Shown in pieces: positions 52,217 to 61,000 of a DNA stretch of 64,000 nucleotides; position 1 is the first letter of the stretch, and each line of letters starts with the position of its first letter. The notes beneath the pieces were generated by a model. That model was not told where the DNA came from. It saw nothing but the letters and a program-made list of their open reading frames with translations, and searched no databases. This stretch comes from a virus, in IMG/VR virus record IMGVR_UViG_3300028610_002494, positions 47,838 through 111,837 of that record. One strand, written 5' to 3'. The position numbers were made by a program, and so were the translations under genes.

Positions 52217-52307
52217 TATAAACGTGGTTTATATAAACCTTGTTTATACAATTCGATTATAATAAAAATACTTATATTTAAAAGTAGTTATTAAATAATT
52301 AAGGAAA
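52217..52307 (+). promoter_or_regulatory. Tandem dyad plus promoter module
   Basis: Spacers GTG and CTT; near-copy of 31760-31850. Confidence 0.8.
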
Positions 52308-52922
52308 AGTATTTTATTAAATATATCGTGAAAATAATGGTTGATGAAAAAGAAATTATAGAAGTTATTGATAAACTTTTAGGTATAATAAGATATCATA
52401 AGATTGATAATGCAATAGAATTAAAGAAATACATTTATACCCATAATTTTTCAGAAAAGAATATGAAACAAATGAAAAAAATCTTTAATGAATTTGGTGA
52501 AATTAATGTGTTTAATTGTATTTTATCATATTATGATATTAAAATGCAAAATACCAAAAAAAATTTAATTAAAAGGATTAAAGGGTTTAAAATTTAATGC
52601 AAACAGTAAGAGAATCATTTTTTGATTTAGCAGTATCAGTTTATAATAAAAAGGAAAAAGAAAAGAAATTTTTTGATATAGTTAAAGAAGGTTTAACTAA
52701 GTGTGATGAAGTAAAACTTCCTATGCAACTTTTTGAGTCAATATTTGAGTTTGATTTTCATAGAGGAGTAAAACATCCAATTTCATCTAATATAGTAAAA
52801 AAATTTAAGGATCAAGGATTAAAGATATCAAAAGTTCGTAATTATTATCTTGTAAGAATTAAAAAAAGAAGTTAGTAATATATATTAAATTAAAAATAAA
52901 GATGTGATAAATCATTAAAAAA

Positions 52923-55025
52923 TTGAAAAAAACAACATTATTATCAGGTTTACTATTAATTTTTTTAGTATTTGGTACCAGTTTTGTTTTATTTAATAGT
53001 AATTCTATAAATTGTGACTTAATGAAGGAAGAAGATAATTTAAATTTAAAAAGTTCTGATTTACAATCTATTACGTTTAATTTATTTGCTGAGAATGGAG
53101 TTTCATTTGATACGTCTGATCTTCGGTTATGTTGGGGATCGATAGGAAATGGGCTTAAATTTGGAGAATTAGTATATGTTGATATATCCGATGATGAACT
53201 TTGGATTTTTGATATGATTCTTTGGACATATATTTATTATGAAGATAATGTATATTTGTCTGGATTAACTGAATATAATATTACTTGTGAAGTTGGAAAG
53301 CTTACAATTAATTTAAATGCTCATGAAATTGGGCATTTTACATTAGACAAATTATCCGATGCTCAAACTCCTATATATTTTGATATGCAACCAAATACAT
53401 CAAAAGAATTTATATTGGAATATGGTTGGTATAATGCTACGTGGTTGAATACAGAAGATGATTCAACAACTTTATATAATTTTAATATGGATTCAAATAA
53501 TAAGGAAATAACATTAAATTCTATTTTTTGTAGTATAAATTTTATTTTATTTGCGGAAGGTGATAATAGATTAAATGAGTCCAATTTTTCTTTATATATT
53601 GATGGTATTAAAGAAGATTTTGGAGTATTGAAACTCATACCAGATTTTATTGAAATTACTGTATATGAAAATATTTTTAATGTAGTTGTTTTTAATCAAA
53701 CTGAATATCTTTCTGGTGATATGGAGTATAATATTATTTCTAATGTTAGAAAATTAACAATTAACCTGAATACTCGTGAAATTGGATATTTTACATTGAC
53801 AGAACAATCTACTCTTAATTCTATAAATTTTATGATGAATCCATATACATCGAGAGAATTTATATTGGGACAATCAGATTATAATGTTATGTGGTTAAAT
53901 ACCGAAGATAATTCGACGATTTTATATGATTTTAATATGAGTTCAAATAGAGAAATAACATTAAATACTGTTTTTTATAATGTAAATTTTACATTATCAG
54001 ATCAATTTTTAAATGAATTAGATGTATTTGATTATTCATTATATATTAATAATGTAGAAGAAGATTTTGGTATAATAGAATTGAATAAAGAAAATGTTTT
54101 AATTACTGTATATGATAGGTTTGGTATTGCTGGTTTTAATCAAACTATATTACTTTCGGGATTATCTGAATATAATATAATTGTTCCAATTTATAAACTT
54201 AAAATTGAAAATTTAGCATGTAAAATAGGGAATTTTACATTAAAAGAAAAGATAACACAACAGACATATAATTTTTCTTTAGATCCAGGTTTAAGTAGGA
54301 TATTTAAATTGAGAAGTGCTAATTATATGGTTATTTGGCTGAATGGTGAAAATTTACAGATTTATGAATATAATATAACCTTAACTTCAGATTTTGAATT
54401 AGTATTAAATTCAATTTATTATAAGGTATATTTTAGTATTTTTAATTTTGATGGGTTAGGACTTGATGATAATCTTGTTAGATTTTATATTAATGGAATA
54501 CGTTCTAACTTTGGAAATATTGAGTTAAATTCAATAAATAATGATTTATTAATTTTGGATTTTTTTAATAATACAATTTATAATGAAACAGTTGATTTAT
54601 CTGATAAAACAGAGTGGAATATTTATGTAGAAATGTATAATATTGAAATAAAAAATGCCTATAATTATGCAATAGATTTAATGTTTGAAAGAAATGGTTT
54701 TACTGTAAATATTACAGTTCCTGCTCAATTTTCACTTAAATATAGATTTGTTTTAGGTGTAGTTTATAATATTACTTGGTATAGAAGTTCTGATGGTTCT
54801 TATATAGGAGATACTGAAATTGAATTTACTAAAGAAAATTTAATTGTATCTTTTGGTGTTGTTGCAAATGTGAGTTCTAATATATTAAAAACAGATAATA
54901 TATTGAGTTGGATAATTTTTATTACAATTGCTACTATAATATCTACTTTAGGGATATTATTTAAATATAGAAAACGGTTATTATTATATTTTAATAAAAA
55001 ATTCAGGAGATTAGATAATGACTAA
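52923..55025 (+). CDS. Surface glycoprotein with four ~150-aa repeats and C-terminal TM
   Basis: Signal peptide; repeats ...F.L...LYING...DFG...ITV.D...LSG..EYNI...L.I...YNV.WLN.E; many NxS/T sequons. Confidence 0.8.
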   Translation: MKKTTLLSGLLLIFLVFGTSFVLFNSNSINCDLMKEEDNLNLKSSDLQSITFNLFAENGVSFDTSDLRLCWGSIGNGLKFGELVYVDISDDELWIFDMILWTYIYYEDNVYLSGLTEYNITCEVGKLTINLNAHEIGHFTLDKLSDAQTPIYFDMQPNTSKEFILEYGWYNATWLNTEDDSTTLYNFNMDSNNKEITLNSIFCSINFILFAEGDNRLNESNFSLYIDGIKEDFGVLKLIPDFIEITVYENIFNVVVFNQTEYLSGDMEYNIISNVRKLTINLNTREIGYFTLTEQSTLNSINFMMNPYTSREFILGQSDYNVMWLNTEDNSTILYDFNMSSNREITLNTVFYNVNFTLSDQFLNELDVFDYSLYINNVEEDFGIIELNKENVLITVYDRFGIAGFNQTILLSGLSEYNIIVPIYKLKIENLACKIGNFTLKEKITQQTYNFSLDPGLSRIFKLRSANYMVIWLNGENLQIYEYNITLTSDFELVLNSIYYKVYFSIFNFDGLGLDDNLVRFYINGIRSNFGNIELNSINNDLLILDFFNNTIYNETVDLSDKTEWNIYVEMYNIEIKNAYNYAIDLMFERNGFTVNITVPAQFSLKYRFVLGVVYNITWYRSSDGSYIGDTEIEFTKENLIVSFGVVANVSSNILKTDNILSWIIFITIATIISTLGILFKYRKRLLLYFNKKFRRLDND

Positions 55026-58000
55026 TCTAAAAAAAACTAAAAAATTTATAATATTATTTATTCTTTTATTTATTTTTCTTTCACCTATTATATTTACTCA
55101 TATTGATATTCCTGGTAATTTTGTTAATCCTATTATATCAGACTGGGAACGTGGAGATGGAGAATTATCCCAATATAATGAAACAATTTCAGAAGGAGAT
55201 AATTTACAGGAAGATATATATTATAATTTCACTTCAGATTTAATTGATCTATTTAACTGTTCTGCTGTATATGGTGCAGGGTATTTAGAAGTTGAGTTTA
55301 AGGATGGTACGTGGCATACTTCTGATTATTATAACATTACGGTTCAAGATTTAATTAATTATAATGATTACATTGCTGGATTTGAAGATTTCTATGATCT
55401 TGTTGGGAATTTATCAGGTTGGGTTGATTTATCGTTAGGAGAAGCTAATGATGCATTATTCAGTATTTTTTACTCCACTGAGGTGTATGATTATCCAGCA
55501 ACGTTTAGTTTTGAGAATGATACTGTTGGTGGAGATCCTGCTAATTTTACAGTTTATGAAAGTGGTGGAACTGTTAATGTTAGTGAGTCTATTGGAAAAC
55601 ATAGACAAGTGGTGGAATTATTTGATGATCAGGCTGGTTTTGATACCGAACTTGTTCAATTATCTTTAGAAAATCGAACTAATGGGGTTATCGAGTTCTG
55701 GATGAAAACAGACGATGCTTCAAATGATTGTCTTTTTAGTTTATGGGATTCGGGAACTGAAGTTTTGAAGTTTGCTATTAGAGATGATGATTTTGATTAT
55801 TATGATGGTACTTGGCATGAAGTATTATCTCCTGCTGATGATGATACATGGTATCATATTAAAGTCATATTCGATGCTTCTGCTTATGGTTTAGAAGGTT
55901 TGGAGCAATATGATTGGAGATTATTTATTAATCAGGTTGAGTATGGAGATTATAATTTTATTAATGACCAAACACATGTTGACTGGGCTAATTGGAGTAC
56001 ATCAATTCTTGATGCCACTTATTATTATTATGTTGATGCGATTGGATATAGTTGGGAGAGCAATGGACTTTACAATGCGACCTATAGTTTTACGGATGAA
56101 ATTGATGGTACGAGTGGGATAAATATTGATTTTATAGACCAAGTTCCTTCTGGTTCCTCCGTTGAGGTTATTGCATCATTAGGTGGACATAGAAAACTGA
56201 TAGAATATACGGCAACTTTGGATTATCCATATAATAGACATAGTTTTTTATCTCCACAAGCTAATGGAACTATTGAGTTTTGGGCATATGTAGAACAAAC
56301 AAATCTTAGGTGTATGTTATATGTCTATGATGAGACTGTAAATGATATATTAATGGTTGCATTTCATGAGGGAGGAAATATACAATATTACGGTGGAGGA
56401 GGATTTATAGATACTGGTTTTACTTATGCAGCAGATATATGGTATCACATTAAAATTGAGTTTGATTGTATAGATAATTGGCATTTATGGATTGACGGTG
56501 TATCAATAGATGGAGGTGGTGGATATGTATTTCAAAACAATCCCACTGCAATGGATGGAATATATATGAGAATTAAAACAGGAGCTGTTATATATATTGA
56601 TGCTTGGGGAGAATCGTGGGATCCATTTTATACTATAGGAGACAACTTAGAACCCACTGAACGATATTATTTTATTGGAGATAACTATAACTGGAATTAT
56701 TATCCTGCTACTCATGATTTAGAGAATTATGATGATACATTAAGTGGGAATTATTATGGATCGGAGAGTTTTGATTATGGTACTGAACCTGAAGTGTATT
56801 ATGGAACGTATGATTTCAGAGTCTATGCAAATGGAGTAGAACCAAATGGATGGACTTCTACTAATGATGGAGGATGTACAACTACAATTATAGCCTCTTT
56901 AGATGGTCATAAAAAGGTATTGGAAATAGATGATCAAAACGGAGTAGGTTTAGCCAAGATATCAAATTCATTTAATGTTCAAACTGATGGAACGGTAGAA
57001 TTTTGGGTGCAAGGAAATAATATTGCAGTTGGAAATTTACAAATTAATCTTTATGAAGGTGCTATTTGGTGCATAAGAATTCGTATATCTGGAGGTAATA
57101 AAATAGAACAATATAATGGTACTGCGTGGAATACTATGGTTGTATTTGTTGAAGATATTTGGTATCATATTAAACTTATCTTTGATGATACGGCAGATAC
57201 ATTTGAATTTTTTGTTGATGGTGTTAGCAAAGGAGATTTTGGATATCAAATAAATAGTGTTGTTGGATTAGATGAATTACGATTTAATACTATTGATGGT
57301 CATAATGGTTTTCAATATTACATTGATGCAGTTGGCTATTCATGGGACACCACTTCTCATGGTGGTTATGGTTATACAGTTGGATGGAATATAAATCCTT
57401 ATGATTTAGTGCCATTATTTGATGCAGGTTTTATGGCACCAACAGAACCAGATTTACGATATAGTAATTATATAAGAGTTTTGAATTATCTTGATGGACA
57501 TAACAATGTTTTAGAGATGAATCATGGAACAGTAGCTAATATATTGGAATGGTATTATAATGTTTGGAATGCTGAATCTGGAACACACGAATTCTGGTGG
57601 AGATCTACTGATAATACAAAAGATTCTTATATTAAAGCTTATAATAATGATTGGAGTTCAGCTTTTGCTATAGTTTTTGCAAATGGTGGTAATATAGTAA
57701 TTGGAGGAGAAAACATTATTTCCATTAATTCAAATCAATGGTATCATATACGTATTGATTTTGAATGTGGAACTGGAAGATATCAGGGATTAATGCCAGA
57801 TACTTTTTATATGTATGTTGACGGAATTCGATATGGAATATTTAATTTTGTTACAACAGGTTTATATTTATATTATACTAAGTGGTATTCAGATGCTGAT
57901 GTTTCTCATTCTCATTATTTAGATGCTCTTGGATTTTCTTGGGATCCTGATTATTGTCAAAATGAAACAACGTGGAATTATGAAAACGATTATAAAAGTT

Positions 58001-61000
58001 GGAATAAAAACCCTTATGATATTACAAATTTATTCCCAGACAATTGGGATTACTATGGAGTATTAAATGGAACGTATTCTATAGATGGAGAGTTTGGAAT
58101 ACATAAAAAATACTTGGAATTGTATGATGATTCGGATACTAATTATTATAGAGGAACTGACAGTTTTGATTATGGAACTGCTGCTGAATGGTATTATGGG
58201 ACGCATGATTTTGTGGATGAAGATATAGGAGATACTAATGATGATATAACATTTATTGATGGAGGGTATAGTGGTACTGACTCTACATATTCTGCAACAG
58301 TTATTGCAGGAGAGGATAATCATAAAAAAGTAATACAATTTGATGCTGCGGGAGATAATGGTGTATATGCTCAATGGGATCACTCGCTTGGTACCATCAT
58401 TGATGGTATTATAGATTTCTGGGTTAAATATATTGATAATGGTGTAGGAACTCATATTATTTTTTTAAATGATGAAGGAGGAGCTTCTTGCATATATGTT
58501 TATTTTAATTCGATAGATAATAAACTTTATGTGAGATACGGTGATGGATTAGGAGGAACTACTACGGACAGTTATGATGCGGCAGCAGATACATGGCACC
58601 ATCTTAGATTCCTTATTGATTGTGCTACAGATAAACAATCTATTTGGTTAAATGGTATTCTATTAGTAGATAATGAAAACTTCTATGACGATGAAACCGC
58701 AATAACAATGAATGAATTTCGATTACGTATAAATAATGGTGCTGGAGCTAATGCACTTCAATGTTATTTAGATGCTTATGGAGAATCTTGGGATACTACT
58801 TCTCATGATGGTTTAGGGTATGAACTTGGATATAATATTAATCCTTATTATCTTGAATCATTATTGGAACATGGGTATGAATTTAATATAGATTTTAGTA
58901 CTTCAGTTAATGTTCAAGGTATTTTAGGTGGTCATAATAAAATTTTAAGATTATATGATAATACAGGAGGAGGTTATGTATCTGTTAAAAATTATTTTGA
59001 TCTATCTTCTCCTACAATAGGAACAATAGAATTTTGGGTTAGAGGTGATGATCCAACTGATCCACTACTTATATATGCATATGATAGTTTTGATTTAACC
59101 GTTTTTTATTTAAAAATAGAAGATGATAAAATGCAATATTATACTGATGCTTGGCATGATGTAACTGATGGTGCTATTGCGGTTAATACTTGGTATCATT
59201 TTAGAATGGTATTTGATTGTGATACGGATACATATGATATAGCGATTAATGGGGTTACTAAAGATGTTGGTGTGATATTTAGGGATGGTGCTGATGTTGA
59301 TGAGATAGCTAAAGTACATTTTACTACGACAACTGCTGATTCTAATTATAATTATTATATTGATGCATTTTCATACTCTTGGGATCTAAATTACATTGTC
59401 AATGATAATTATAATGATATTGGTTTACAAATCTGGAATACCTTTTCATCAAATCAAACTGATGATTATCTTTCATTTTGGATAAATGGAGATTTTGATG
59501 ATTATTATGAATATATTAGAATTTATCTTATGCAAGATAATGATTTTATTACGTCAATTATGATTAACAGTTCATTTTTATATTATCTAAATGGAACTTC
59601 TTGGGTTAAGGATGCAGCTGTTACAAATGCGTGGCATTATATTAGGATTTATTTTGATACCACAGCAGATACCTATGATTTATGGTTTGATAACACCAAT
59701 TATACATCATATTGTGACCATGGAATAACTTTTAATTTAACATTAATTGATTCGGATATTCCATTCCAGCAAACAACTACTGGAATAGACAGAATAATGT
59801 TCGAAACTATATGTGGATTAGATACTCCGACATATAAAATTGATGCATTATCATATTCGTGGGAGAACTCCTCTCTTAAATTAAATTTAATTCCTGATGA
59901 GTATGCTGAATTTGATGTTAAGATTGTTATCGATACTGAAGAGTATTATTATATTTGTAGTGATTTATATTGGGCGTTTTTAACCGAATCGGATGAATAT
60001 GTTAATTTTACTTGGTATAATTTTGATACAGATACATGGGATGTTATAAATCGTACTTATTTTGAAGATTCAGATGGAACACCTGGTCCTTGGACTGAAT
60101 ATGATATTAGTGGTGGTTGTTGGAATGCTACTTTTTTTAATTCTTATATTAATAGTTCAGGTCATATGTTATTCAGATTTAAGATTCTGGATTTTAATGA
60201 TGAATTTGAAATTTATTTTGACGAGTTGCGATTATCTATGATTGGTTATGTTCATCCTACTATTGAAAAAGATTTTGATTGGCGTGGAATTTGGCGATAT
60301 AGATGGTTTTTACAGAATGCCTCAGCAACTTGGATATGGACTGATTGGACGTATTATGAGGTAATTCCATATCATGAAGGTGCTAATTTTGAAGGAGTTT
60401 CCGAAAGTCCATATAGTACATATTGGAAATTAATGGGAAGTGGTACAGGTGTGGTGGAAAGATATTCTGATGATTTTGATGCTGGAACTTGGTATTTAGA
60501 TGGTATTGGTGAAAGAACATTTATAAAACCCTATGGAGAAGGTTTAGATTATTTATTATATAATTATACAAATATGGGTATTGTTTATACTGGTGTACAT
60601 TGGGATACATATGCACATGGTGAAAATCCCTACGGTGTTGCATCGGATGGAACTTATATTTATATCTTAGATGTAGGTGATGATGAAGTTTATAAATATC
60701 TCCCTGATGGTACATATATAAGTTCTTGGGATACAGGTGTACAAACCGATGTTCCTATGGGTCTTACATGGGATGGAACTTATTTTTGGATCGTTGATAG
60801 GGATGCTGAAGAAGTTTATCAATATCTCCCCGATGGTACATATATAGATTCTTGGGATACATCTGTACAAACCAATGTTCCTATGGGTATTGCATGGGAT
60901 GGAACTCACTTTTGGATATCAGATAAGAATGATGCAGAAGTTTATCAATATCTCCCCGATGGTACATATATAGATTCTTGGGATACATCTGTACAAGTTG

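Noticed and set aside
922-60909. Minus-strand ORFs and alternative-frame plus-strand ORFs in the track (e.g. 10365-10868, 20278-20625, 55448-55669, 58063-58455)
   Set aside because: They are shadows of longer, motif-bearing + strand genes, with low-complexity F/I/L/S composition.
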